DNA of 64,000 nt from Candidatus Binatia bacterium (GCA_963664015.2 CAXXLF010000001.1:800001-864000); one strand, 5' to 3'. Numbered from the stretch's first letter, positions 9,136 through 19,453 are shown. Translations and numbers: made by a program. The notes: generated by a model from the letters alone, not told the origin.

Positions 9136-10308
9136 TTAAATTGACGAGGTATAATCTTTCGTCAGTTTATTCAATTCGGCTTCGCTTGTCTCTTGGTCTG
9201 ATATTTGGACTGCTCCCTCGGCGCCTCGTGCGCTTTCGCAGTACTTACGCCACGCAATGATGGACAGGTCCGGCCGGAAGAGTCTTTCGGGGGGCGCGTC
9301 CATGGAGCTGATCATCAACCCGTCCTGATTGGTAAACAATCGCTGATTAATCCACCGAATATAGGTCCAGTACCGGATTCTAAAAACGAATCTCTGCCAC
9401 GGCGAGCCAAATTTGACCGCTAACTGAAGATAGCGGTGGTGATCGGCGTCTGTCCCCATGAACCATGAGTAGATGGACCAATCCGGTTGCTCCACCCTCA
9501 AAAGCGAGGGAAGACGAATGGAAATCCTCATCGCCACACCTCGCCCCTTCTTCCACCACGACCGAATCGGCCATTCCCCAAGGTTCGGGAACATGGTTGT
9601 ACGATGGACCTTGTCAGCCACATAGGTCAGCCATTTGCCGTGCTCAATGGTCTCGACGTGGGAGCGAGTCCAGCCGGGAAGGTTATAAAACATCCGCCAA
9701 AGAGAATTCCGATGCAGGTATCGGGGATGGGCCTCGTCGAAACCGTTTTCCGCACCATAACGCCAGTTCCCCGCACGCTCGCGGACCTGTCCAAAGATGG
9801 CTGCGTTCTTGGCAAAGAGCTGCTCCGGAATGTCTTGCTCTACCGGTGGAGGGTCACCGTCACCGATGTATACCCAAACGAGACCTAACCTTTCCTCTAC
9901 CGGGTATGTTTTTACCCGAACCTTACCGCAGATTGGTGAATCCGGGCCATCGGTCAACGCGGCGACAAGATTCCCCGTCTTCAATTCATAGGTCCAACCA
10001 TGATATCCGCAGGTGATCGTCCCAGGAAATTCCTGTCGCGAGCCCGTGGATTCACCGAAATAACCGGACCCAAGGGAAAGGGGGACGCCACGATGAACAC
10101 AGCGGTTGTTCAGCGCAAAAACCCGCCCCCGGTCGCGAATAAACATGATCCGTTCGCCCGTGAGGGTTACCGGGACAGGTTTACTCCCCACATGACGCGA
10201 CCACATGACAGGATACCAGTAATCCCTGAAACCCGTGACCGCGGCATTATATCTCGGCCAAGTACTCCAGTCCTGTCTTCCCGGAGTTTCTTTTTCCGAA
10301 TCACCCAT
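9136..10308 (-). CDS. Rieske non-heme iron oxygenase, CarAa/OxoO-like
   Basis: CVHRG..CGYHGW Rieske motif; NWRYGAENGFDEAHPRYLH mononuclear-iron motif; GFRDYWYP. Confidence 0.85.
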   Translation of the reverse strand: MGDSEKETPGRQDWSTWPRYNAAVTGFRDYWYPVMWSRHVGSKPVPVTLTGERIMFIRDRGRVFALNNRCVHRGVPLSLGSGYFGESTGSRQEFPGTITCGYHGWTYELKTGNLVAALTDGPDSPICGKVRVKTYPVEERLGLVWVYIGDGDPPPVEQDIPEQLFAKNAAIFGQVRERAGNWRYGAENGFDEAHPRYLHRNSLWRMFYNLPGWTRSHVETIEHGKWLTYVADKVHRTTMFPNLGEWPIRSWWKKGRGVAMRISIRLPSLLRVEQPDWSIYSWFMGTDADHHRYLQLAVKFGSPWQRFVFRIRYWTYIRWINQRLFTNQDGLMISSMDAPPERLFRPDLSIIAWRKYCESARGAEGAVQISDQETSEAELNKLTKDYTSSI

Positions 10309-10331
10309 TGGTTAATTTACCCCTTAATCTG

Positions 10332-10360
10332 CGTATAATCCCATCATGTCACTCTGTCAA
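10332..10360 (-). promoter_or_regulatory. Sigma70-like promoter for the Rieske gene
   Basis: Minus strand TTGACA-17 nt-TATACG, 24 nt upstream of the start codon. Confidence 0.55.
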
Positions 10361-10543
10361 ACTAAAAACCTGAATTATATAGTCCAATATGAACAGAAAG
10401 GCGTCCCCATCTGGGATCCCCGTACTGTTAACTAGAAGGATGTACTCTGGCTGGATCAGTCCGTGAACGAGTAAAGCGAGCAATGATATATTGATTGCAT
10501 GGGTTTTTGTGAGTTACCCACCAGCAAGTCCTGTAACGGTTAT

Positions 10544-11002
10544 TTATCGAACGGAGCGTAGCCGACGCAACCGCTGCCCCTTAGTCTTGGCCTGCTGACC
10601 AGCGCTCCACTCAAGCAGCAGTTGCACCATCTTGAAGAGTTCCTCTTTCACCAGGGGTCTGTGAAGCATAAGATCGGCTCCTGACGAAATACCCTTCGAG
10701 CGTTCCAGAGAGAGATGGCCGCCTAAAAGTAAAAGGATGGGCACCTCCTGGTGGGTCAAGGAAGCTCTTATGGACTTACACAAATCAAACCCGTCCATCT
10801 TCCCTTTCAAATAGACATCGACAATCAGGAGATCGACTGGCTCGTTCTCCATTTGGGCCAAGCCCGCTTCCGCGTCCTGGGCGGAAATAACCGTGAGTGC
10901 CTCACCAAGGTCATCCAGATGGCTCAGGATCGACCTGGACTGGCTCAGGTAACCCTCAACTAAAAGAACCTTAGAGGTCTGAATTGTTTCCGTGGCACTC
11001 AT
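10544..11002 (-). CDS. Single-domain response regulator (atypical receiver)
   Basis: KVLLVE, DLLIVD, MDGFDLCKSIR, VPILLL, GADLMLHRP. Confidence 0.75.
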   Translation of the reverse strand: MSATETIQTSKVLLVEGYLSQSRSILSHLDDLGEALTVISAQDAEAGLAQMENEPVDLLIVDVYLKGKMDGFDLCKSIRASLTHQEVPILLLLGGHLSLERSKGISSGADLMLHRPLVKEELFKMVQLLLEWSAGQQAKTKGQRLRRLRSVR

Positions 11003-11192
11003 TATCCAAATCTTTCGAATCTCAAATATCACAACTCATAGGATAATGTACACGTTAAAATACCTTAATGGGTTCCAATTTATGCGCTGGTCATACCAAA
11101 AACCCGAGCGGGTCTCTGTCATTCAGTAACAATTTTAAGAGTTTAGTTCATTTAGGGTAAACGTCGGCCACCAGGTCAACTACTGGCCACGG

Positions 11193-12386
11193 CTAAACTC
11201 TTGTTTCGGGTCCATAGACCCAAGTGACTATCGCGCTCAAGGCAAGCAGGATTGAAACAATAGCAAACGTAGCTGCCATACCGACGGTCTCGGCGAGAAA
11301 ACCCAGAAGTAAGGGCGCAATAATTGCACTCGAATGGGTAAAAACGGACCAGACACCGAGAAAGGCTCCACGCCTCCGCTCCGGAGCCAGGTCCATGGAG
11401 TAGACCTGTGCCGTGCCCATCGTCATGCCCACACCCACGCCGTAAACTACTACCACCACGACGACCGCCCAGTATTCAAAGCTTTGCGCCAGAAGGTAGC
11501 TTGAGATCCCCAGTATGAAAAGTCCGGGGATGAGGGTCTTCTTACGGCCATACCAATCGACAAGAACCCCGTTAGGATACGAAATCAGCAACGTGGTAAT
11601 GCTGGCAATGGTGATCATGTAACCAATATCGGCAGCGCTAAAATTAGCGGCCTGTTGAACATAGAGGGGGAACAGGGCAGAAAAAACACCTTGTACCATC
11701 AAACCCATTCCAAACGTAGCCAATAATATCACCAGGACGCCCCGGGTGAGGAACAGGGAAAGATCTAACTTTTCATCGACTCCTCTAGGCTTTACGGACT
11801 TGGCGCTCTCAGACTCCGGACGGGTCTCTTTGATCAGGTAAAAAACAATGATCAGGACCATAAATTTGGTCACCGCATTGAAGAGAAATATGGACCGTAG
11901 GCCAAAGGCCCCCGTAAGAAGGGCGCCTATGAACGGACCGGCGATATTCCCCATGCGGACCGACATTGTTCTTACAGCAACCGCCCGGCCTCGGTTTGTC
12001 TTGTCGGTCACATCGGCGATTAGAACCGAAGATCCTGTGGTCCAGACTGAAATCCCCAAGCCCCCAATGAACTCCCAAATCAAAAATTCCAGATAGCTCG
12101 TCGCGAAATACTCGGCCAGGGCAGTCATTAATCTCAGTGCAACACCAGCGATAAGCAGCGGCCGCCGGCCCCATCGATCCATCAGGAAACCGGTAACCAC
12201 CCCGGAGATGAGTCGGGCAATTGCGTTGGAGGAAAAGATCACCGCAACAAGAAAGACCGGCACACCAAACGAAGCCGCAAAGAGCGGCCTTGCGATGTGC
12301 ATTCCGCCCATACCAACACTCCAGAAGAAGAAGGTTGCAAATAGGGCCAATCCTTGCGGCCCCAACACATTAATACGTAAATTCAA
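11193..12386 (-). CDS. MFS transporter
   Basis: About 12 hydrophobic segments; motif A GFLMDRWGRRP and GVLVDWYGRKK. Confidence 0.9.
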   Translation of the reverse strand: MNLRINVLGPQGLALFATFFFWSVGMGGMHIARPLFAASFGVPVFLVAVIFSSNAIARLISGVVTGFLMDRWGRRPLLIAGVALRLMTALAEYFATSYLEFLIWEFIGGLGISVWTTGSSVLIADVTDKTNRGRAVAVRTMSVRMGNIAGPFIGALLTGAFGLRSIFLFNAVTKFMVLIIVFYLIKETRPESESAKSVKPRGVDEKLDLSLFLTRGVLVILLATFGMGLMVQGVFSALFPLYVQQAANFSAADIGYMITIASITTLLISYPNGVLVDWYGRKKTLIPGLFILGISSYLLAQSFEYWAVVVVVVVYGVGVGMTMGTAQVYSMDLAPERRRGAFLGVWSVFTHSSAIIAPLLLGFLAETVGMAATFAIVSILLALSAIVTWVYGPETRV

Positions 12387-12667
12387 TCCTCACCTCGATG
12401 CTCTGCTAGGACACTTGCGTCAGAATCCTTCCCGAACGCTGTCATCGCTGTGTTTCCTCTTCCCTTTAGACTCACCTGAGTCATGCCCATTGTTTCCCCT
12501 CAGCCTTAGTGGTCGTTCCGGACCGTTGTCAAGGAGCCGTGGACTTGATACTCGTACCGTATTACAATTCCGCGTACGCTATGGGGCGATGTGTTCACGT
12601 TTCGCTAGTCACAAAGCGTTGCACTCACCGTATCGAATAAACTGAATCGTCATCGTAAGATCAACCC

Positions 12668-13384
12668 ATGGACACGCATAAGAAACTCAACGTTCAAATG
12701 TCAAAATACCAGAGGGAAGCCAATCCCCGGTTGAGCGCACTGGTCGAGGAGATCGAGCGTAAGCACGATGCCATCAAGCAACCAAAGGCACTCTACATTC
12801 GAGGCCATCACCTGGTGGTCGATCCCGGGGTGTTCAACCCCGAATTTTCTATGACGGGGGAACTCTTTGCAGTCAACATTTAGATACCGGCCGGTGCCAG
12901 TGTCCTCGATCTTGGGGCAGGGACAGGCTTTCAGGCAATTATGGCCTCGGACCGGGCCGGGAGCGTCGTTGCCCTGGACAAGCAGGAGGAGGCGGTTGAA
13001 TGTGCACGTAAAAACGTGGCGTTAAATCACCTGGAAACAAAGGTCCAAGTCCGGCATGGAGACTTGTTTTCCGCCCTAGAGGTCAATGAACGATTCCATG
13101 TTATCCTATTCAACATCCCCTTTCCCCCATGGAAACCCAAGACCCCATGCCAGGAAGCCAACTTCGATGAAGGCCATCAATTGCTCACACGATTTATTAA
13201 AGAGGCGAAATCCTACCTGCATCCGGTCGGGCGTATCGGAATGACTTGGTCCGATATCGGCGATACGGATCGTTTTCACCAACTGCTCGCAACGAAAAAC
13301 TATTCGTATCGGGTCCTTGTGGAGCGAAAGATCGGTGAGGTCGGTCAGCACGTTTACGAGCTGACTCCCCACGCAACTGGGTAA
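12668..13384 (+). pseudogene. Class I SAM methyltransferase (HemK/MTS-like) with in-frame TAG at 12881
   Basis: VDPGVFNP..VNI*IPAGASVLDLGAGTG..GDLF..ILFNIPF in one continuous frame. Confidence 0.75.
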
Positions 13385-13771
13385 GCAAGGGAGCCTAACC
13401 CAACCAGGCCTTCACAACCTAGCGAAACTTTGTCCTGGAATTGAAAAGTCGGATTTGGGTGGATAAGGGAAAAGTCATGCATGGCACTTCACCAAGACGA
13501 ATGCAGCGCATGGCCGATCCGGTCCTCGTCTCCATGGTCCGGGCCAAGGGGCTTGATAAAGTACCGTCGCAGAGTAACCGCCCGCCCAGAATCAACGAGC
13601 ATAATCAAACCTGGGTGAGAAAAAGGAACGCTTGGGATTTTTACAGCAGAAAAACTAAGCCCAGAGGTTCACACCTGGTCCGCTTATTCACACCTAGCCG
13701 CGAGCCGCAAATTAATTTGTAACAATATCCATTTAAAAGGACAATCAGCACTCGGATTGTGGATACTCTCG

Positions 13772-14569
13772 TTACTGATTTTGTCGCGTACGAACAGGTT
13801 TTCCAGCCCGAATGTCGTCGGCAAACTTCTTAGCCGCTTCAAAAAAAGCAACGCCGACGGGTCCATATTGGGCCCGGGGCCGGTCCAGTTCCTCCACATT
13901 GAAGCCTAATGTCCCATGGGTAACTCCGATGTTACCGCTACAGTCGTCACCGGATCCGAAACCGCTGACGGTAGGAATAGCCACCTCTTCCGTGATCCGT
14001 TTCGCCAGATCCGGAGGGACCCGGGTGAGAAGCAGGGAGAAGGCCCCCGCTGCAACCAAAGACCTGGCATCATTCCAGACCTTTTCTTCCGGCACCCCTG
14101 CTCCCTCGGAACGGTACCCACCGGACCCCATGGATGTCTGGGGCGTTAAACCCATATGGGCCATAACCGGAATGCCGGCCTTAACGACAGCCTCCACGGT
14201 GGACGCATACTCGGCTCCGACCTCCAGCTTCACCGCCTGAGCCTCTCCCTCCGCAATCAGACGACCCGCATTGCGTATGGCTTCTTCTTTGCTGATTTGG
14301 TAGGACATAAACGGCATGTCGCCTATCACCAAGGCACGCTTCGCCCCCCGACTGACAGACCGCGTCATCAGGACCATCTCATCCATTGTAACCGAGTTGT
14401 TGTCCTCATGGCCCAGGAGGTTTCTCCCACCGCTATCCCCGACAAGGATCATCTCCACTTCGGCACGATCGATAAGACGAGCCATTGAATAATCATAGGC
14501 TGTCATAACCACAATTTTTTTCTTCTCGCTTTTCATCCGGTTTAAATCCGGGATCGTTACTCTTGCCAT
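13772..14569 (-). CDS. PanB (ketopantoate hydroxymethyltransferase)-like protein, divergent paralogue
   Basis: MTAYDY, LVGDS, GDMPFMSY, AVKLE, HMGLTPQ present; the usual LE(C/G)VP reads LTRVP. Confidence 0.8.
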   Translation of the reverse strand: MARVTIPDLNRMKSEKKKIVVMTAYDYSMARLIDRAEVEMILVGDSGGRNLLGHEDNNSVTMDEMVLMTRSVSRGAKRALVIGDMPFMSYQISKEEAIRNAGRLIAEGEAQAVKLEVGAEYASTVEAVVKAGIPVMAHMGLTPQTSMGSGGYRSEGAGVPEEKVWNDARSLVAAGAFSLLLTRVPPDLAKRITEEVAIPTVSGFGSGDDCSGNIGVTHGTLGFNVEELDRPRAQYGPVGVAFFEAAKKFADDIRAGKPVRTRQNQ

Positions 14570-14598
14570 AATCACCTCACTTATAAATTGACTGATTT

Positions 14599-15567
14599 TT
14601 ATCGGTCGCCGTTTTCCAGTTCCCAATAGCCGAGGCCCATTCCCATGACCCCGCTGTAAAAGGGCTCATAGGTGAGGACCTTCGCCGGCACGGTCCCCAT
14701 TGCTCCCATAAGGATGATCCAGCTTCTCATCTCGATATCACCGTGATCGAGCAGATCCTTTGACGTCAGCTGGGCAAGCTTCTCACCTTCGCCCTGAGCC
14801 ATATGGGAAATGGCCTTGCGGTCAAAGTCCTCACTAATGGATCCTAATCCATATGGTCCTTCATAATGGGACCAGGGATAACCGGCTGTAAAGTGGGAAA
14901 GCCCTCCCGACGCATAAATTGCGATTCGCTCGCCGGAAGGCCGGCTTTCGATAACCTCTCTAATGGCACGACCAAGCCGGTAGCAACGCCCCGGACTCGC
15001 TGCCGGCACATGAATCGCATTGACAAAGAGAAGGATTACAGGGATATCCGCCTCGGGCAGCATCATCCGCAAGATCGGGGCATGGGCGTGGGATATTAAC
15101 TCAGAATTGGGAAAAGATTTACAGTAGGACATATCGAACTCACGGTCGATAAAACCGTTGAGAAGGCTTCCCGCTAGGTCCGTGTTGCACCGATATCTGG
15201 ACCCTCGCGTCCTTACACCATCCAGCCCGCGTTCGGTAGAAAAGAACTCCTCTCCCGTATAAATCGCAAACTGCGGCACATTCTGTTCCGTGAAATGCTC
15301 GTCTTGATCGTCCCCAATAAGAATCAATGCATCCGGACGCTTCTCTTTTAGTTTTTGTTTCAACATCTCGAACCCTGAGCTGATCCGGCTGTACCGCGCC
15401 TGGGTTTCCTCCAGGCCTTCTTCTGCCACCTTGGGATGGAGGGTGGGTTCCGTCCCATAACGACGCTTATAGTTGGCTCGGGTCCGTTCACGCATTTTAT
15501 CCCAACCCGTCGGATTGACCAAGGCGTAGGCATGTGAAGAAGCCATACCGGCTATGATGTTTCCCAT
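14599..15567 (-). CDS. Extradiol ring-cleavage dioxygenase, LigB superfamily (DesZ-like)
   Basis: ASSHA, IGDDQDEHF, SHAH, ASGGLSHF, EDFDR, GDIEMRSWI. Confidence 0.8.
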   Translation of the reverse strand: MGNIIAGMASSHAYALVNPTGWDKMRERTRANYKRRYGTEPTLHPKVAEEGLEETQARYSRISSGFEMLKQKLKEKRPDALILIGDDQDEHFTEQNVPQFAIYTGEEFFSTERGLDGVRTRGSRYRCNTDLAGSLLNGFIDREFDMSYCKSFPNSELISHAHAPILRMMLPEADIPVILLFVNAIHVPAASPGRCYRLGRAIREVIESRPSGERIAIYASGGLSHFTAGYPWSHYEGPYGLGSISEDFDRKAISHMAQGEGEKLAQLTSKDLLDHGDIEMRSWIILMGAMGTVPAKVLTYEPFYSGVMGMGLGYWELENGDR

Positions 15568-15590
15568 ATGTTATCCTCTCTCTTTCTCAT

Positions 15591-15725
15591 TCAATATCGG
15601 CAACCGGGACCTGGTGCGACATGTAGACTTCCCGCCGCTCCGCCGCAGACTGGAGAATTTCCTGGCACACCTTCATCTCGCATCCATTTCTCGTTGGGCG
15701 TAAACCGCTGCACCTTCTCGGCCAT
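15591..15725 (-). pseudogene. 44-aa ORF, probable internal-deletion remnant of an operon gene
   Basis: RBS GAAGGGGAAGG then MAEKVQRFTPNEKWMRDEGVP followed by low-information sequence; co-oriented within the operon. Confidence 0.4.
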
Positions 15726-15769
15726 AACCTTCCCCTTCAGTCACAACATTGGAATTATTGGTGAGAACT

Positions 15770-16648
15770 CTACCAGAATCGCCTCCGATAGGTATCGATA
15801 AGGACCTCGTCCGGTTTCTCAGTGAAGAATTCAATCAATGTCCGATTGAATACGTCCGCTTGCTCGAACTGGGGCCAGTGTGCCGCCTTATTCACCATGA
15901 CAAACCGCGAACCAGGCACCGTCTGGTGAACCTTCTCGGCCACGTGCCAGGGGCAGGTCGGGTTGTGGGTCGTCCAGAAGAACAGGATGGGGGCCTTCAG
16001 TTTCGGGATCTTTTCGATCAGACCGTAGGATTTTCTTCCCGCCGCGGCGCTTCCTCCACTGGCCTCCTGCTTTGGCCGGGAGTAAATTTTCAGTCGCACT
16101 TCCACCAATTCGTCCGGTAAAGTTTTTGGATCGTAAAACAACCATTCCATCCGTTTGCGAATGGTTTCCATCGTAGGGTTACCGGTGGCCACTTTGCTCA
16201 GTTCTTGAAACTGCGTAATACCGGCGACGTAACCATGCTCCGCCGATGGGATTCCACCTACGATGAGACCGAGTTTTTCTACCCTTTCAGGATGCTCATG
16301 GGCCATCAGTACGGATATCTGCCCTCCCATGGATTCACCCACCAGATTGGCTTTTTCTATCCCCACCGTGTCTATGAAGCTGATTAAATGCTTACAAAAG
16401 TCGTCCAGATTACGATCCATCCCTTCCGGTAGGTCCGTGTATCCGTGGCCCAGGTAGTCTAGGGCATAAACGTGGAAATGTTCCGAGAGGGGGATGACGT
16501 TGCGCACCCAGGCTTCTGCATGCCCCCCGCCACCATGAAGGAATATCAGTGGGCTTCCACTCCCCTTCTCAAAGCAGCGTGTGCGAATCCCTCCGACGTC
16601 GTAGTATTTCTCCAACGCAGCGAAATCCTCTAATTCTTTAGAAAACAT
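15770..16648 (-). CDS. Alpha/beta hydrolase, meta-cleavage product hydrolase-like
   Basis: LHGGGGHAEAW, GESMGG nucleophile elbow, AAHWPQFE catalytic His. Confidence 0.8.
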   Translation of the reverse strand: MFSKELEDFAALEKYYDVGGIRTRCFEKGSGSPLIFLHGGGGHAEAWVRNVIPLSEHFHVYALDYLGHGYTDLPEGMDRNLDDFCKHLISFIDTVGIEKANLVGESMGGQISVLMAHEHPERVEKLGLIVGGIPSAEHGYVAGITQFQELSKVATGNPTMETIRKRMEWLFYDPKTLPDELVEVRLKIYSRPKQEASGGSAAAGRKSYGLIEKIPKLKAPILFFWTTHNPTCPWHVAEKVHQTVPGSRFVMVNKAAHWPQFEQADVFNRTLIEFFTEKPDEVLIDTYRRRFW

Positions 16649-16698
16649 GGTTCCTCCTAAATTCATAATTCCTAAGATTTAATCCCCAACCCGACTCG

Positions 16699-18132
16699 TC
16701 ATTTGTCCAACCATTCATCCATCTTCCACTTGTTCAAGGCTTCATTACGCCTTTCCTTGCTAAAAAGATTGACTGGAGGAAAATCCTTAAGGCGTTCGAA
16801 CGGACGGCATCCGTTTATTATGAGACGCTTGTACGGCATAGGCCCCCGATGGGCGCGATCCTCTATCCTGCGAAAGGGATCCAGCAGCCAATCGCTGTGG
16901 ATAACGCTCAGCCGAAGCCCAGTGGTCGGATCAAAACGCGAGCCGACGGCCCAAAGCACATCAAGGGGATCCTCCGGATTGATGTCGTCATCGACGAGAA
17001 TAAACAGACGGCCGGGACCATGAATTTTATCAATCGCCCTCATGATCCGGTCGATATCATCTTCCTTTTCCTGGTGAACAGCGATGACGGTAGCTCCCAT
17101 CTTAACGAGACTGGTCACACGGCGAACTGGAAGCCCCTGCTTATCCAACCGGCTCCATAAGCTGGTCACGGAAGTCATCGGTAACGAGAAAGAGTACGCG
17201 TCACCATGGGGCTTTAACGGAGAGGCACCGAAGAGAATAGGATTCGTCCTATGATACATGGCCTTGACCCGAATAACAGGCTCAGGGATGGAACCATCCA
17301 TATAATAACCGGTCCACTCTCCAAAGGGCCCCTCCGGCCTTTTCTCTATCTCCGGAGGAGGGATCTCCCCCTCGATAGCAACCTCCGAGTGCGCTGAAAT
17401 CGGCAGACCGGTCAGCGGTCCCTCGACGACAGGTATCGGTTCGTTAAGAATAAATCCCGCATAATCGTATTCGGGCACGCGCTTGGGACATCCCGTAGAG
17501 CCCGAGGCGGTAAGAAATATAATCGGCTCTGGTCCCAGGGAAACGGCTACAGGGCATGATTTTCCCGCCTTCCAGTACTTATTGATGATCCCCATCCCGT
17601 CATTACCAGGCTCACAGAAAATGCCCGTGGTGTACCGATCATGGAGTTGAAGACGATAGCTCCCAAGATTGACCCAACCACTCTCGGGATCTTTAACGAT
17701 AACCGCCAAACCCGTACCGATGAAGGGACCTCCATCCAGTTCATGCCAGATTGGAACCGGGATCTTTTTGAGATCGACTGCTGCGCCATTTAGGACGTTC
17801 TCCAACACGGGACCGCTTTCGACCGTCACGGGGGGAATGGGCTTAAAAGCGTCCCACCGTTTTTTGAACTGGTGCATCGCCTCGGCTTCAGGCAACTCGG
17901 GATCCATGCCTATGCCCAGAAGGGACCGTCTCCTCGTACTGCAAACATTTGAAGCCACACGGTAATTGGGAGGATAACCTGCAAACCGATCGAAAAGGAG
18001 AGCCGGCCCGCTTCGTTGAAAGGCCAGTTCTGAAATAACTCCGACTTCGTATTTAAGTTCGGCGCCGCTGATTTTTCGCAGGTCTCCCGTTGCCTCCAGT
18101 TTTTCGAGAAAGGTTCTGAGATCGAGTATCAT
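16699..18132 (-). CDS. UbiD-family (prFMN-dependent) decarboxylase
   Basis: DLRTFL, DGGPFIGTG, NLGSYR, EGPFGEWTGYY, VDDDINP, INGCRP. Confidence 0.9.
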   Translation of the reverse strand: MILDLRTFLEKLEATGDLRKISGAELKYEVGVISELAFQRSGPALLFDRFAGYPPNYRVASNVCSTRRRSLLGIGMDPELPEAEAMHQFKKRWDAFKPIPPVTVESGPVLENVLNGAAVDLKKIPVPIWHELDGGPFIGTGLAVIVKDPESGWVNLGSYRLQLHDRYTTGIFCEPGNDGMGIINKYWKAGKSCPVAVSLGPEPIIFLTASGSTGCPKRVPEYDYAGFILNEPIPVVEGPLTGLPISAHSEVAIEGEIPPPEIEKRPEGPFGEWTGYYMDGSIPEPVIRVKAMYHRTNPILFGASPLKPHGDAYSFSLPMTSVTSLWSRLDKQGLPVRRVTSLVKMGATVIAVHQEKEDDIDRIMRAIDKIHGPGRLFILVDDDINPEDPLDVLWAVGSRFDPTTGLRLSVIHSDWLLDPFRRIEDRAHRGPMPYKRLIINGCRPFERLKDFPPVNLFSKERRNEALNKWKMDEWLDK

Positions 18133-18141
18133 TCCACCCCC

Positions 18142-19377
18142 CTATGCCTTCTGACGCCGATCATTCTCTAACGATTTGCAGTAGTCCTTCCAGTCCATGG
18201 TACCCGGGATATACCCCTCCGTTCCGATGACCTCCGGAAAACGATTTGCATCGGATTTTCTTATCACACCCGGCGGCTCACGGCCCTCTTGGACATCCTG
18301 AATCGCCTTCATAAGAATCTTTCGTGAAACCACGATGGGCGCATCTGTGGCTACGAGATGTTCTCCTGTCCTGTCCTGAATCGCCCCCATACCTTCCGTT
18401 GCGTACACATCGTGCATCTGAAAGTTAACACCCATGCCGCTGTAGCTTACCGATTTCATGGATTGCCGATCCTGCAGGTACCGGTTAGCCTTGTTCCGGC
18501 TTGGCCTATAGCCATCGATAATCTGAGAACTCCGTTCACGCACCGCTTCCATGTCTAGAGGCCCTTCTGGATTGATCGTGTAGGTGTATTTCCAGTGGTG
18601 AGTATCGTCGATAGGGACGTGCCAATTGGGGTAACCTCCCGGCACTACGGTAAAGTTAGGTAGGACAAATGTCGCCGCCCGAATATAGGTCTTCCCCGGC
18701 TCCACCTTCCGAATCCTGCAGAATCTAAGACCCACATCTATTAATTCGGCTTCGAAGGTCTCCATTTCCGGAAAGGCCCCTCGGTTACTTAATTCGGATT
18801 GCCCTTCCATGAGATCCCGCTCGCTATAATGCAGGAAGGGGACGTGAAGAAGGTCGATATTCCCTTCATTGCCCTGTAAGTAGCTGCACTCGTGCAGGAG
18901 CTTGTTTACGGCAAAGTGACCTTCCGCAAGTGTTAGAAAATCGTAGTTCGGCAGGAGAGGTGATTTGCCAGGCCCCATGTAGGCAAAGATCACTCCCGCC
19001 CGCTCCTGGCATGGATAGGCGGGATGCCGAATAGCGTCCTTGTGCTCCCCACCACCCGGTTCTCCCGGCTGATCCAGGCATCGGCCTTGAATATCGTAAA
19101 GCCAGCCATGGTAGATACATCGCAATCCGCCATCCTCTACCCGGCCAAAACTCAAATCCGCCCCTCGGTGAGAGCAGTGTATCCCTAGCAATCCGGGACG
19201 ACCCGCATCATCTCGAAACAGGACCAGATCCTCCCCCAGAAGACGGACAGGCAAAGGCGCTCCGCCGGCAGGCAACTCTTCGGAAAGCGCAGCCGGCTGC
19301 CAGTAGCGTCGCATCAGCTCTCCGCACGGAGTCCCCGGCCCAACTCGGGTCAATAAATCATTTTCTTCCTTTGTCAT
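18142..19377 (-). CDS. Rieske oxygenase, phthalate 4,5-dioxygenase/LigX-like alpha subunit
   Basis: TPCGELMRRYWQP, CSHRG..CIYHGW, EGNIDLLHVPFLH, VPIDDTH. Confidence 0.88.
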   Translation of the reverse strand: MTKEENDLLTRVGPGTPCGELMRRYWQPAALSEELPAGGAPLPVRLLGEDLVLFRDDAGRPGLLGIHCSHRGADLSFGRVEDGGLRCIYHGWLYDIQGRCLDQPGEPGGGEHKDAIRHPAYPCQERAGVIFAYMGPGKSPLLPNYDFLTLAEGHFAVNKLLHECSYLQGNEGNIDLLHVPFLHYSERDLMEGQSELSNRGAFPEMETFEAELIDVGLRFCRIRKVEPGKTYIRAATFVLPNFTVVPGGYPNWHVPIDDTHHWKYTYTINPEGPLDMEAVRERSSQIIDGYRPSRNKANRYLQDRQSMKSVSYSGMGVNFQMHDVYATEGMGAIQDRTGEHLVATDAPIVVSRKILMKAIQDVQEGREPPGVIRKSDANRFPEVIGTEGYIPGTMDWKDYCKSLENDRRQKA

Positions 19378-19453
19378 TGGCTCATGGATCTCCAGGGTTA
19401 AATAGGTTCAATGCCTACGGTGTGTCCCAACTACCTCCTCCTCCCGGGTTTTT

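Noticed and set aside
13772-14569. Naming this gene panB
   Set aside because: The catalytic Glu181 is absent and the context is catabolic, so the symbol is withheld.
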